A stretch of DNA of 64,000 nt, from assembly GCA_023396065.1 (NCBI GenBank), contig JAEWXF010000025.1:1201-65200 (forward strand), read 5' to 3'. Both the position numbers and the translations under genes were made by a program. Numbering within the stretch: the first letter of the stretch is position 1; each line of letters starts with the position of its first letter. Source of the stretch: Methanobacteriota archaeon (GTDB lineage: Archaea > Halobacteriota > Methanomicrobia > Methanomicrobiales > Methanocorpusculaceae). The notes beneath the pieces were generated by a model. The model searched no databases. It had not been told where the DNA came from and was given only the letters and a program-made list of their open reading frames with translations. Shown here one piece after another: positions 38,908-49,887 of the stretch.

Positions 38908-39802
38908 TTTTCTGTAATCCGAGACTCACTCTCGCCTCCTCAATCAGATCGGCAGCCTCCTCGCGAAGTTGTATTCCGATCTCTTTTGCCTCCTCAAACG
39001 AGGATACGTTCTCCCGAACTCTTACCTGCCGCATGCCGTCAAGTGACAGCACCTCGGCAAGCAGGTTTCCCTCCCGGCAGAAGATTCCCTGCGGCGTAAA
39101 GCATCCGCCGCCGACAGCCTCCATAATCACCCGTTCGATTCCGGTATCAAACGCGGTCCGGGGATCGTTCAGGGATGCAAATGCTTCCCGGAGTTCCGGA
39201 GTGTCCCGGCATACTACCGCAACCGTCCCCTGATTCGGTGACGGTACGAAGTGTTCCAGCGGCATTGTCACCCCGTTTACCCGGTATCCCAGCCGGACGA
39301 GACCTGCCTCGGCCAGTACAATCGCATCATACAGACCGTCGTTCAGCTTTGCCAGTCTGGTATCTACGTTTCCCCGCAGGGATTCGACACGCACCGTCGG
39401 TGTACAGTGATAATACCGCAGCAGCTGGGCACGTCTGCGGGTACTTGAGGTGCCAATGGCATAGATTTCATCCATCGGACGGTTGAATGCAAGATAATCC
39501 CACGGAGGGTCACGCGGCAGAATTGCTGCGGTGATCAGGCCTTTTGGCCGGACGGCCGGAATGTCTTTCATACTGTGGACGGCTGCGTCAATCTCGCCGC
39601 GGAGAATCGCATTGTCCAGTTCGCGGACAAACACTCCCTGGCCGCCGATCTGATGCAGGCCGCGGTCAAGCACCACATCCCCTTTGGTGGTAATTGTTTC
39701 CGATACCGCCGGAACATCCCTGTCCCGCAGCATGTCCAGAACGTGATTTGTCTGGGCAAGTGCCAGTTTACTTCCGCGTGTCCCGATCCGTATCGTCAGC
39801 AT
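38897..39802 (-). CDS. hemC: Hydroxymethylbilane synthase (porphobilinogen deaminase)
   Basis: [41 protein letters not shown]. Confidence 0.95.
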   Translation of the reverse strand: MLTIRIGTRGSKLALAQTNHVLDMLRDRDVPAVSETITTKGDVVLDRGLHQIGGQGVFVRELDNAILRGEIDAAVHSMKDIPAVRPKGLITAAILPRDPPWDYLAFNRPMDEIYAIGTSSTRRRAQLLRYYHCTPTVRVESLRGNVDTRLAKLNDGLYDAIVLAEAGLVRLGYRVNGVTMPLEHFVPSPNQGTVAVVCRDTPELREAFASLNDPRTAFDTGIERVIMEAVGGGCFTPQGIFCREGNLLAEVLSLDGMRQVRVRENVSSFEEAKEIGIQLREEAADLIEEARVSLGLQKNDR

Positions 39803-41043
39803 TGCGCGTACACCTGGCAGAGTTTTTCCATCTCAGCTTCTCCGTGGCAGACGGAGAGGAAGTTCGTCTCAAACTGTGACGGCGGCAGGAACACTCCTGC
39901 TGCAAGCGCTCGTTCCCAGAACGGCCGGAACGCTGTTGTGTCGCACTGTTTTGCATCCGTGTAATTCCGCGGTGCTGATTCCCGGAAGAAATACTTGAAC
40001 ATCGATCCAAGAGAGACAAATGATCCCGCGGCCCGTGACGGGATACTTTCTTCAATTGCCCGGGTTTTTGCCGCAAGTTCTGCATACAGACTTTCATGCG
40101 TATGCAGATACTGGTTCACCGCGATCCCGGCTGCCATTGTCAGCGGGTTTGCATTGAACGTCCCTGCGTTATAGACCGGACCGGCGGGTGAAATCATTTC
40201 CATGATTTCCCGACGGGCGCCGAAGACGCCGATCGGCAGACCTCCGCCGGCAATTTTGCCTAGGGTGGTAATATCCGGCCGGATCCCGAACTTTACCTGA
40301 GCGCCGCCGATACCAAGCCGGTAACCGGTGATAACCTCATCAAAGATCAGCAGGACATCATGGGCTTTTGTAATCTCACGGACCGCCTGCAGGTACCCGT
40401 CGTCCGGCAGAATCGGGCCGATGTTACCCATTACCGGTTCGATGATAAACGCCGCAATGGAGTCATTCTTCGCAAGCAGTGTCTCAAGTGCCTCGGGATC
40501 GTTATAGGGAACCTGACGGGTATGTGCTGCAAAGTCAGGGAGAACTCCGGCTGAGTCCGGGGTTCCGTGCGTGGTTGCACCAGAGCCTGCGGCGATCAGC
40601 ACCGCGTCATGCGCTCCGTGGAATCCTCCTTCGACCTTTACAATATCAGGTTTTCCGGTAAATCCGCGTGCCAGCCGGATTGCTGCCATGGTTGCCTCTG
40701 TCCCGGTCGAAACGAACCGCAGCATGTCCATCCCCGGATGATCTCCCGTGATCCGCCGGGCAAGCTCAATCTCAAGCTCTGTGGGAGTTCCGTAGAGCCA
40801 TCCTTTTTCCAGCTGTGCGGCAACGGCTGCCTGGACTGCGGGATTTCCGTGGCCAAGCAGAAGCGGACCGTAGCCGAGACAGCAGTCAACCAGCTGCTGC
40901 CCGTCGATTGTTTCCAGAACTGCTCCGTGTGCCGATTTCACGTAAAAGGGATACGGCTGTATGGCACGGACCGGACTGGAGACGCCTCCGGGCAGGAGGG
41001 TTTTGGCGGTGGTAAACAGTTCTTCGGAGTTCATTTCAGCCAC
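39796..41043 (-). CDS. hemL: Glutamate-1-semialdehyde 2,1-aminomutase
   Basis: [39 protein letters not shown]. Confidence 0.96.
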   Translation of the reverse strand: MAEMNSEELFTTAKTLLPGGVSSPVRAIQPYPFYVKSAHGAVLETIDGQQLVDCCLGYGPLLLGHGNPAVQAAVAAQLEKGWLYGTPTELEIELARRITGDHPGMDMLRFVSTGTEATMAAIRLARGFTGKPDIVKVEGGFHGAHDAVLIAAGSGATTHGTPDSAGVLPDFAAHTRQVPYNDPEALETLLAKNDSIAAFIIEPVMGNIGPILPDDGYLQAVREITKAHDVLLIFDEVITGYRLGIGGAQVKFGIRPDITTLGKIAGGGLPIGVFGARREIMEMISPAGPVYNAGTFNANPLTMAAGIAVNQYLHTHESLYAELAAKTRAIEESIPSRAAGSFVSLGSMFKYFFRESAPRNYTDAKQCDTTAFRPFWERALAAGVFLPPSQFETNFLSVCHGEAEMEKLCQVYAQC

Positions 41044-42005
41044 CTTGCTACATCCTGGGCATAGTAGGTGATGATCAGATCCGCTCCGGCCCGTTTGATG
41101 CTCAGAAGTGATTCCATGACGATTCGTTTTTCATCGATCCATCCGTTCTGCGCTGCAGCTTTGATCATTGCATACTCGCCGGATACCTGATATGCTGCGG
41201 TCGGCAGACCGAGTTCCTTGACGCGGGTCAGCACGTCCAGGTAGAGGCCAGCCGGTTTGACCATCAGGATGTCTGCTCCCTCTTCCATGTCAAGGAGGGA
41301 TTCCCGGACAGCTTCGCGGCCGTTTGCGGGGTTCATCTGGTAGGTGGACCGGTCGCCAAAGGCGAATCCTGAGTCTGCTGCTTCCCGGAACGGTCCGTAG
41401 AGGGCTGAGGCAAACTTTGTTGAGTAGGACATGATCGGCAGATCGGTGTATCCTGCGTCATCCAGTGCGGAGCGGATGGCGGCCACCATTCCGTCCAGCA
41501 TGCAGGAGGGGGCTACCATGTCAGAGCCCGCGTCCGCCTGACTGACGGCGATCTTCTGCATCAGTGCAAGTGACTGGTCATTGTCCAGGTCCGGACCGTC
41601 GCAGGTTTCGCTGATGATTCCGCAGTGGCCGTGGCTGGTGTATTCGCAGGCACAGAGGTCGGTGATAACGATCATGTCCGGAACTGCGGCTTTGATGGCA
41701 CGGGTTACCTGCTGGATTACGCCGTCCGCAGCGAATGCTCCGGAGGCTGCTTCATCCTTCATTTTCGGGATGCCGAACAGGACTACCGACCGGACACCGT
41801 CAGTATAGAGAGATTTTGCCACGGCAGCTGCATCCGCAACCGGCCAGCGGTACTGACCCGGCATGGATGTGATGGGTGTTTTTTCCGACGCTGTTTCGTC
41901 AAAGAACAGCGGCATTATCAGGTTTTCAGGAGTTATCTGCGTTTCGGCAAATAGGGGACGGAGAATCCGCCTCCGGAGCCTTCTCATTCGTGTTTGAGGA
42001 AACAT
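41031..42005 (-). CDS. hemB: Porphobilinogen synthase (Zn-dependent)
   Basis: [33 protein letters not shown]. Confidence 0.96.
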   Translation of the reverse strand: MFPQTRMRRLRRRILRPLFAETQITPENLIMPLFFDETASEKTPITSMPGQYRWPVADAAAVAKSLYTDGVRSVVLFGIPKMKDEAASGAFAADGVIQQVTRAIKAAVPDMIVITDLCACEYTSHGHCGIISETCDGPDLDNDQSLALMQKIAVSQADAGSDMVAPSCMLDGMVAAIRSALDDAGYTDLPIMSYSTKFASALYGPFREAADSGFAFGDRSTYQMNPANGREAVRESLLDMEEGADILMVKPAGLYLDVLTRVKELGLPTAAYQVSGEYAMIKAAAQNGWIDEKRIVMESLLSIKRAGADLIITYYAQDVARWLK

Positions 42006-43264
42006 ACTTGTTCACCACGGGTTATTGCATCAACCAGTTGTTTTGCGGTTGTGATATCAGTACACTCGGCGCTTGCCCGGATAGAGAGGGTGGCGTCGGC
42101 GAGGAGTTTTTTCGTCAGTACGCGGGTCAGGTCATCGACGATGGTGAGAACAGCAGGGTCACAGGTTCCCAGCCGTCCGAGGGCTTTGTCCCGCTCACGT
42201 ACACGGATTGATTCTGCCCACGTATAAAGTCCTGCGATGAGGTCACCTGCGGCGGTTCTGTTATAGAGCCGGATGAACTCCGGGAGATAGGCTATTGTCA
42301 TCTCTTTTGCATGTGCGGCTTCGGATTTGCGCAGCTCCATGTTTTTTTCTGAGACGGTCTTGAGGTCATCGATGGTAAAGAGATGAACGCCGGGGATGGA
42401 TCGGCAGGTGTCGTCCACGTCCCGCGGCTGGGCAATGTCAATGAGAATGAGTTTTCTTGGTTCGGGATCCAGCGGCCAGAACCGTTCATTCATTGCACTG
42501 GTGAGTCCGTCGGGGGTGATGATGGTGTGCGGGGCTGCGGTGCAGGAGATGACTACGTCGGAGAGGGCAATGCAGGGGTAGAGCTGGTCCATTCTCATTG
42601 CCCGGCCGCCAATTTCACCGGCGAGTTCTACGGCATGGTCATAGGTCCGGTTGGTGACGTAGATTGCCCGGAGGTTTTTTTCTGCGAGTGCCTGGGTGAC
42701 AAGTTTTCCCATTTCTCCGCCGCCGACGACAAGGATATTTCTGCCGGCAAGGGTTCCGAGCAGCTCTTCGGCAAGTTTGACTGCGGCAGAGCCGATAGAT
42801 ACCGCTCCGCGGTTGATGTGGGTTTCCGCACGGATGGTTACTCCTGCATGAATGGCGGTGTTGATGCAGATGTCGGTGACGGCATCACTGGTTTTGCATT
42901 CGGCTGAAAGCAGCAGGGATTTTTTGAGCTGGCCAAGAATCTGGTCTTCGCCGACGATCATGGATTGTATGCCGGAGGCAAGTTCCAGAAGATGGGCGAG
43001 TGCTGCGGGTCCTTCATGGAGATGGAATCCGGTTCGTCCGATGCTGTGGAGGTAGTCCGAGAGTGCTTTTCCGGTTCCGTGTACGAGAATTTCAACCCGG
43101 TTGCAGGTCTGCAGGAGGACTACTCCTTTGAAGTGTCCGGCAGCTTCGGTGAGGAATGCGGCTTCGTTTGGGAACCGGAAGCTGGAGAGCTGCTGCTGAT
43201 CAGCGATGGTGTGATCAAGGCCTGCTATGGCGACGGGGGTAAGAAGTTCTGCGGCGGCGGTCAT
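41984..43264 (-). CDS. hemA: Glutamyl-tRNA reductase
   Basis: LQTCNRVE, SMIVGEDQILGQ, VVGGGEMG, DIAQPRD. Confidence 0.95.
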   Translation of the reverse strand: MTAAAELLTPVAIAGLDHTIADQQQLSSFRFPNEAAFLTEAAGHFKGVVLLQTCNRVEILVHGTGKALSDYLHSIGRTGFHLHEGPAALAHLLELASGIQSMIVGEDQILGQLKKSLLLSAECKTSDAVTDICINTAIHAGVTIRAETHINRGAVSIGSAAVKLAEELLGTLAGRNILVVGGGEMGKLVTQALAEKNLRAIYVTNRTYDHAVELAGEIGGRAMRMDQLYPCIALSDVVISCTAAPHTIITPDGLTSAMNERFWPLDPEPRKLILIDIAQPRDVDDTCRSIPGVHLFTIDDLKTVSEKNMELRKSEAAHAKEMTIAYLPEFIRLYNRTAAGDLIAGLYTWAESIRVRERDKALGRLGTCDPAVLTIVDDLTRVLTKKLLADATLSIRASAECTDITTAKQLVDAITRGEQVCFLKHE

Positions 43265-43875
43265 AGGTATCGGGCTATGAGGTCATCACAGGTTTTTCCT
43301 GCGGCACAGGCGTCCCAGATTGTGTCGTCATGCAGTACTGCCCGGAGAATTTCCGCGCGTTTTTCCTGGCTGTCGATGGTTGTTTTCAGTGTTTCCCGAA
43401 GGGTTTTCTGCAGCCGGATCATGTTGTCCAATCCTTTGAACTCGTCTGTGAGCTGTTCGCGGATAAATTTCGGTACGGCAGGGCTGCTTCCTGAGGTGGA
43501 TACCGCGATAGTATATTCTTCTCCGGCAATTACGGAGGGGATCAGGAAGTTTCCGACATCTGCGGCGCTGTTGTACCATTTTCCGGTTTCCTGGGCTATG
43601 CGGCATATCCGTTCGTTTTCTGCGGTGTCAGAGAGGGCGGCGATGATGAAGTCATGCTTTTCGATCATTTTGCGCAGGTCATCGTCTTCGATGTCTGCAG
43701 TATCCAGCTGTTTGATGGAGGTCCCGGGGAGTGTCAGGGCGTCGGGGCTTATACTGCGCGAGACTATGGTTATCCTGCATTTTCCTGCAAAATGGTTCGC
43801 TTTCCGGACTCCTACGTTTCCCGCTCCGAAGACGAGTATACGCCCTTTGGAGAGATCAAGGATCAACGGAATCAT
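43261..43875 (-). CDS. sirC: Precorrin-2 dehydrogenase (SirC / CysG N-terminal-like)
   Basis: FGAGNVGVRK, N.AD...NFLIPS, AVSTSGSSP. Confidence 0.88.
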   Translation of the reverse strand: MIPLILDLSKGRILVFGAGNVGVRKANHFAGKCRITIVSRSISPDALTLPGTSIKQLDTADIEDDDLRKMIEKHDFIIAALSDTAENERICRIAQETGKWYNSAADVGNFLIPSVIAGEEYTIAVSTSGSSPAVPKFIREQLTDEFKGLDNMIRLQKTLRETLKTTIDSQEKRAEILRAVLHDDTIWDACAAGKTCDDLIARYL

Positions 43876-43897
43876 TGGTATAGTTTGGGCGGGCGTG

Positions 43898-44223
43898 TTA
43901 CTTTAAGGTGCTGTTTTTCATACCTTTCTTTGCTGGATCTCTGAGGGGTGATCTGGTTGGCGAGGGGCTGTTCTCTCTTGCTCTTTTCCGGAGAATATGT
44001 ATTTGCTCAGTCAGTGTTGGAATATCCCGGGGTTATGATTTCCCCAAACATATATTGTCTCCACTGAGAAGTATCCGTGAATCAGCCGATCACGGAACCC
44101 TGTCATGCTTACCGAGCCGAAGATGCCTATTGTTTTTACGCCGTACACATTTTCTATGAATGGGAGTTGCTCCTCAAGTTTTCTGAGTACTTCCTGTCTG
44201 ATACTGGTATATGGCTGTTCCAT
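43898..44223 (-). pseudogene. Collapsed MNT-HEPN toxin-antitoxin copy (MNT N-terminus fused to HEPN C-terminus)
   Basis: MEQPY...YGVKTIGIFGSVS joined in frame to MTGFRDRLIHGYFSV; after a frameshift in a G-run the HEPN tail W-EIITRDIPTLTEQI continues. Confidence 0.8.
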
Positions 44224-44413
44224 TTCGGTCTTCCTCCTGAAAGGTCTGTAGGAATAGTATGTTACAGAACCTGATGCTGATTTCCGTTGCGGGGATTGGG
44301 TGATGTGAGTCTGTGTTAAAAAAAGATATCCTGGGATTTATTTCATCAACCTTAGGAATAATTCTACCGGATGAACATGAAATAAGAGAGAATAGACAAT
44401 CCCGGTTGAGTGG

Positions 44414-44770
44414 TTATTTGTCTTGGCAGGCAGGAGATATTTCAGATAAGAGGGACCTAAGCTGCACATTCAACTCTGGAATGTCGTTTTCGGCAATTTC
44501 CCAAATGCGTACTGGGTCCACTGAAAAATATCCATGAATCAGTCGATCACGCAGTCCGGCCATTTCTCTAAATGGGATGTCAGCGTGCTGTTCCCGTGTC
44601 TGTTCTGAAATGTGTTTCGCAGCTTCACCGATTATTTCCATTGCACGAATAAAGGTGTATTGATACATTTTATTCGATTCAAAGTCATTCCACGATATTT
44701 TGGATGAGATATCCAGTATGAGTTCAGTCTGTTCAAGAATGTGAGTGAGAAAGATACGTTCTTTCTTCAT
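44414..44770 (-). CDS. HEPN (DUF86) RNase toxin, HepT-like
   Basis: RAMEIIGEA, IPFREMAGLRDRLIHGYF (Rx4H-xY), IWE...DIP. Confidence 0.9.
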   Translation of the reverse strand: MKKERIFLTHILEQTELILDISSKISWNDFESNKMYQYTFIRAMEIIGEAAKHISEQTREQHADIPFREMAGLRDRLIHGYFSVDPVRIWEIAENDIPELNVQLRSLLSEISPACQDK

Positions 44771-45096
44771 GCTATGGCCGGTGAGTTCCCGTAGACAATG
44801 GCATCCATTTTGACGTAGGGTTTTATGTATGGGTCGATGTAGTCAATAGAGATAAGCTCTACTTTTCGGCAGAAGAGATTTTCAAGGTATTCAGCCAACC
44901 CGATAAATTCCCGAAGTCTGCCTCGTCCCTTTTGAAATCGGTAAAGTATGTCGACGTCACTTATGAGAGTGTCTTCACCCCGCGCTACTGAACCAAATAT
45001 ACCGATTGTCTCAATGCCAAAACGTTCCCGGAGCTCGGGCAGGTTCTCTTCCAGTTTTGAGAGAATGTCCTGTTTGATGCTGATGTATTCCTGCAT
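44767..45096 (-). CDS. Minimal nucleotidyltransferase (MNT) antitoxin, MntA-like
   Basis: IGIFGSVARGED...SDVDIL (GSx10DxD); ATGA overlap with HEPN. Confidence 0.9.
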   Translation of the reverse strand: MQEYISIKQDILSKLEENLPELRERFGIETIGIFGSVARGEDTLISDVDILYRFQKGRGRLREFIGLAEYLENLFCRKVELISIDYIDPYIKPYVKMDAIVYGNSPAIA

Positions 45097-45371
45097 TGCC
45101 TGATAGTTATTTGTGGATGCCAAAATGTATTAGGGTTTTGGATGGGATACTGTTCGAAGAACAAAACTGTATGTTTGAGATGTTTATCTGAAACACGTGT
45201 CAGGGACGTTTAGGTTTCTTTTCCCTTCGTGCGTCTCTGTGTTTTTCAAGGAAAGTCGGAGGCGAGTGTTTTTTGATGGTTTTTGTGTATTCTATTGTGT
45301 CTGTTCTGCGACACAGAGTGATTAAAAATATCTACATGATACCAATATCTTCCGAAAAAACAGGGGATATA

Positions 45372-46301
45372 TTACCCCATCAATCCCCGGAAGTATTCGA
45401 CCGTTTCCCGGATGCCGTCTGCGACGCTGTATGCCGGTTCATAGCCAAGTACTTCGCGTGCTTTGCTGATGTCTGCCACCGAGTCACGGATGTCACCTGT
45501 TCGGGGATCTTTGTAGATGATATCTACGTGTGTATCCACGGCTTCCATGATCATCTGTGCAAGCTGATTCAGCGATGTCTGCTGCCCCCGCCCGATGTTG
45601 AACAGTCCGCATGCATCGCTTTGCATGGCTTTGAGATTCGCCTGAACGACGTCTTTGACGAAGACAAAGTCCCGCGTCTGCATGCCGTCGCCGAAGATTA
45701 CCGGTGATCTTCCCTGAACGATTGCTTCGGTGAACTTCGGGATGACTGCAGCGTACTCAGAGTTCGGGTCCTGCCGCGGTCCGAAGACGTTGAAGTAGCG
45801 GAGTGCGACGGTCTGGAGGCCGTAGAGGCGGGTGAAGGTGTCACAGTACATCTCTCCGGCAATTTTGGAGACGGCATAGGGAGAGAGCGGCTGGGGAAGC
45901 ATGTTCTCTCTTTTCGGGAATACGGGGTCATCACCGTATGCCGCGGCGCTTGCAGAGAGGACAACTTTTCGGACTCCGCAGTCCTTTGCGGCGAGGAGGA
46001 CGTTGAGTGTTCCTGTGGCATTGATCTCATGGACGAGCATGGGATCTTCGACGGATTTCTGAACGCTGGCTACGGCTGCAAGGTGGAAGATTCCTTCGAT
46101 GTTGAACTCTTCACAGATTGCATGGAGGAGTTCTCCGTCGGCTACTGATCCTTGGATGAACTCTGCCTGCGGGAAGACGTTGGTGCGAATGCCTGCGGTC
46201 ATGTCATCGAGGATGACTACGTTGTGGCCCTGTGTGAGAAGCTCTTCGGTGATGTGGGAGCCGATGAAGCCTGCGCCGCCTGTTACGAGGTATGTTGTCA
46301 T
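45372..46301 (-). CDS. NAD-dependent nucleotide-sugar 4-epimerase (GalE/WbpP-like)
   Basis: GGAGFIG, FHLAA, YAVSK, LRYFNVFGPRQDP, GDGMQTRDF. Confidence 0.9.
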   Translation of the reverse strand: MTTYLVTGGAGFIGSHITEELLTQGHNVVILDDMTAGIRTNVFPQAEFIQGSVADGELLHAICEEFNIEGIFHLAAVASVQKSVEDPMLVHEINATGTLNVLLAAKDCGVRKVVLSASAAAYGDDPVFPKRENMLPQPLSPYAVSKIAGEMYCDTFTRLYGLQTVALRYFNVFGPRQDPNSEYAAVIPKFTEAIVQGRSPVIFGDGMQTRDFVFVKDVVQANLKAMQSDACGLFNIGRGQQTSLNQLAQMIMEAVDTHVDIIYKDPRTGDIRDSVADISKAREVLGYEPAYSVADGIRETVEYFRGLMG

Positions 46302-46534
46302 GGGGGTGCTCTTGTCTGTTGTATTGTAGGTATGGGATTATGAGTATTGTGCTTCGGGGGTGAGTTCAGGAGATGGTTTGGAACGCGGGGAAGGAGGGAT
46401 GGGGATTCTTTGTTCATATGATCAAGGCATCCACAGCCATGAAACTCCATACTTTTTCCCGGGTATTCGCAATACATATCTCTGATTTTCTCGCGGTGAG
46501 AAGATTTCTCTCCAGAGTGTGCTGGTTCCTGGAT

Positions 46535-47789
46535 TTAGATCATCCACACCGGTACAAACCAGTTATCCTGATCAAGCGGCAGGAGGTCGTTTGCCATGCA
46601 GATCACTGCTCCGTTTCCAATGTCTGTTTTCAACTCAGCCAGTTCTCCGAATTTTTCAGGATGGGTTACCGGTGTGAGTACGCTGAAGTGTCTGGCTGCC
46701 TGTGTTCCGGGTGATGCTGATTTTTTGATTTTCATTGGATAGAGGGTGTTATCCTGAAGTATGAGGAGGTCAATTTCTTTTTTATCTTTGTTGCGGTAGT
46801 AGAATACCGGCGGCTCCTGTCCGTTGTTGAGGTAGCTTTTGTAAATTTCGGCAAATACGTAGCTTTCAAAGAAAGCTCCGGCCATTGGGCCTGCTTCTAA
46901 TGTTTCCGGTGAATTCCATCTCAGAAGATATGCACAGAGTCCGGTGTCCAGAAAATGCAGGAGCGGGGATTTGATGGTTCGTTTGAGTACATTGTTATGA
47001 TATGGCTGTACGAGGGCTACAATATGGGAGGAGATAAGAAGGGACAGCCATTTTTTGGCTGTCGGGCTTGAGATTCCTGCGTCTTTGGCGAGGTCTTCAT
47101 ACACAACAGGCCGGGCTGTCCGTGCGGCAACTGATCGTACGAAGTTGTAGAATGCCAGTTCATCGGCAACTTGGGTTAGATCCCGGATATCACGTTGTAT
47201 GTAGGTGTTGAGATAGGATTGGTAATAGAGATCTCTGCTGATTTCAGTATTGGTATAGAGTACCGGCATGGACCCACGAAAAATCCGTTCATAGATCTCC
47301 ATCAGTTCCATTTTTTTTCGCTGTTTTTCGGCGTTTCATCAAATAATCGGGCTTGGTACTGAAGGGCTCGGAGGGAATACGGCTGATTTCACTTGAGGAG
47401 AGGCCCAGCATACTGACGATTCCACCCCTTCCTGCCAGCGATTCACTGACGTTTTTCATCAGAGGGAATGCCTGTGATCCGGTGAGCCAGAAGTCTCCCG
47501 GTTTGTGGAAATGGTCAACCTGCATTTTGATGTACGGGAGAAGGTCCGGGGCATATTGTATTTCATCGATGAGGAGTGGCGGGGGGAATCTCTGGAAGAA
47601 TAGGGCAGGATCACGGGCTGCAAGGGCACGCAGTTCCGGGTCATCGAGCGTGATGCAGGTTCTTTCCGGACCTGCCAGATGTTTGAGCATGGTGGTTTTT
47701 CCTACCTGCCTGGGCCCGGTGACCAGGAGGATGGGAAATGTGTTTGAGATGGATTGTATTGTTTGTTCAATGGCGCGAGAAATGTACAT
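46535..47789 (-). pseudogene. AAA+ ATPase (AAA_14 + DUF4143), split by a +1 frameshift in an A8 tract
   Basis: 5' ORF: GPRQVGKT, IDEIQ, LTGS, ESLAGR. 3' ORF: GSMP, YIQRD, KSP..HFLDTGL, FES, EID. Removing one A at 47311-47318 fuses the two frames. Confidence 0.85.
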
Positions 47790-48017
47790 GATGTATATTC
47801 GGGCGGATATATGATATATTCTTCAACCAAACGAAATTCATATTTTTGTTTGGCCTGGGTCATCGTGAGTGTTTCTACAGATTATTGTGGGTATAATTCA
47901 TTTTTATGAATTATTGTTATAATTATTGTATTATGTTATATATTTTTACTTATGTGTGTTAATTCGTGGTGTGGTTAATTGTGGGTTTTCCGTGAAAATT
48001 TTCAGGTAATTTACTTT

Positions 48018-49196
48018 TCAGTGGCATTTACTACGAGAAGGGCAATACAGTTTGCATTTCGCTTTTTTCAGATTACAAAAGGGTTTTTTGCATCGGCAAC
48101 AGATTTTTGGTGCATCAGATATGTTAGGAAGCGAATAGAAACTACAGATTATATGGCGTAGGGATTCGCAGTTAATCTGAATTTTTTTGTTTGTTCTTTG
48201 CACGGCCATATTCTGCTGATATTTGGATGCATAGTAATTTACGTCAATTTTCAGGTTTTTAAGATCTTCCATTCGATTTTCTTCCTGAGGATATTTGACG
48301 TATACCTGGGTTATAAACTCTATACACAAATATATTATTGAGATGTAGGGTGCTATTTTTTTCAGATCATTTATCGGATCCGTCTTCTTTGTCTCAATAT
48401 GAATAATCGCATATATATAACATTGACTCAACCTCACGAGGGTTTGCGCCACAAGTCGAAGTTTCTTTTCATCGGAAATAATTTTACAGTCATCACAAGT
48501 TACTCTGTGTTTTAAGCCATCACGATATTTTAAGATGGCTGTTTCCAAATAGTATATTTTTTTGTCGGGATAAATTCCGAGAATCCGACCATTTTCACAA
48601 AGACTCATGACGTGACATGTTTGATATATGTATCCAGTATTGTTGATATTTAACTCTGCCAACATACTGTTTTTTTCCGGAGATTCATCAGTTTCGGCAC
48701 TCCTGCTGGCATAATTCCTTACTATTTCATCACAGAGCACATTTTCCCAATTAGATTCACCAAGTGACTCTATCAACTGTGTTAACAATTCCAGATTACC
48801 ATGGGATCTGGCGAGTTGGGCATTCATATAGATCTGGAACCGAGTAAGTGCATATTCACTATCGTTGTATATTTTCCGGATATCCGCAGCTAATTTCAAG
48901 TATTTTTCCGCGGTTTTATGGTCTCCGGAGTTCTGATATATGATACCAATCTGATGATAGATTCTGGCAAGCAGCAGGTCATATTTTTTCCCGTTCGTCA
49001 CATTGACTGTGATATTTTTTACTTTAAGAGCTAAGGAGTGATAGCGTTTCAGTATATCCTGTCCGGAAATCCTGTTCTCATGATATCTGTGGAACTGTTC
49101 ATCCAGAATCAGGTAGATTTTGTCCTCTCGGGATTGTTCCTTATAATCAGATTTTCCAGAGGGGTATGTATATATTAATCTATTTTTACTTGTCAT
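48018..49196 (-). CDS. AT-rich orphan protein with TPR-like helices and a Cys-rich C-terminus
   Basis: 392 aa open frame; ARIYHQIGIIYQNSGDHKTAEKYLKLA (TPR consensus); CDDC; terminal CCRCKKPFC...C...C...CH. Confidence 0.7.
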   Translation of the reverse strand: MTSKNRLIYTYPSGKSDYKEQSREDKIYLILDEQFHRYHENRISGQDILKRYHSLALKVKNITVNVTNGKKYDLLLARIYHQIGIIYQNSGDHKTAEKYLKLAADIRKIYNDSEYALTRFQIYMNAQLARSHGNLELLTQLIESLGESNWENVLCDEIVRNYASRSAETDESPEKNSMLAELNINNTGYIYQTCHVMSLCENGRILGIYPDKKIYYLETAILKYRDGLKHRVTCDDCKIISDEKKLRLVAQTLVRLSQCYIYAIIHIETKKTDPINDLKKIAPYISIIYLCIEFITQVYVKYPQEENRMEDLKNLKIDVNYYASKYQQNMAVQRTNKKIQINCESLRHIICSFYSLPNISDAPKICCRCKKPFCNLKKAKCKLYCPSRSKCH

Positions 49197-49266
49197 GTTT
49201 CGGGACCAACAAAAATATTTTATAATTACTTATAATCATCATCAATTGTGTGTTGTTTTGTGGTAA

Positions 49267-49887
49267 TTATTTTGAACTATAGTTGTGTTCAATACGTCCT
49301 TGTTGAACTCTGTATATTTGTTTATTATCCAATTTATTTTCTTTAAAACTGAATGTGGTACTCACAGTAAATTTACACCCAAAATAATTATTATACTTTA
49401 TTGTGATGTTCATCTTTGTATCTGCGATCTGTTTAATATAGTCGCTCTCTATTGGTATTATAAATTCTTCACAGTTATTTGAAAGTATTGCTGGTATAGT
49501 CGGCTCTCTCCAATAACTTGAATATTTATTGAAATCTTGTATGTTTTGTGTGACACTGCACTCAACCACCGCATTAAGTGCCGAGGTATCTCCACTATTC
49601 GTTACCAATAATGTTATGTTATGATTTTGTGGATCACTAAGGTCAACCAATGGTTCATTAATAGTTGGGATAAGGTGGGGGCATCTGCTTAACAGAATCT
49701 GAGTTTTCGTAACCCAGAACATCCCTAGTGCCAAAATTGCAGAAATAATTATGGCAACAGTTTGTATTGTAAGTATCGGATTCTCAGAAATATCTAAAAG
49801 TATGGAGTACATAATATCTGTTAAAAATTGTATAATACCCTCATTCGATCCTGATGTATTAATATATGCGTTAAATGTGCAAGTCAT
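49267..49887 (-). CDS. AT-rich orphan single-pass membrane protein with beta-sandwich-like domain
   Basis: TM helix VAIIISAILALGMFWV followed by PHL...LLVTNSGDTSALN...ITIKYNNYFG; start uncertain. Confidence 0.6.
   Translation of the reverse strand: MTCTFNAYINTSGSNEGIIQFLTDIMYSILLDISENPILTIQTVAIIISAILALGMFWVTKTQILLSRCPHLIPTINEPLVDLSDPQNHNITLLVTNSGDTSALNAVVECSVTQNIQDFNKYSSYWREPTIPAILSNNCEEFIIPIESDYIKQIADTKMNITIKYNNYFGCKFTVSTTFSFKENKLDNKQIYRVQQGRIEHNYSSK

Noticed and set aside
46420..46530. Possible third MNT N-terminal relic (LLTARKSEI... / KKYGVS in different frames)
   Set aside because: Too short and degenerate; lacks the GS-DxD motif
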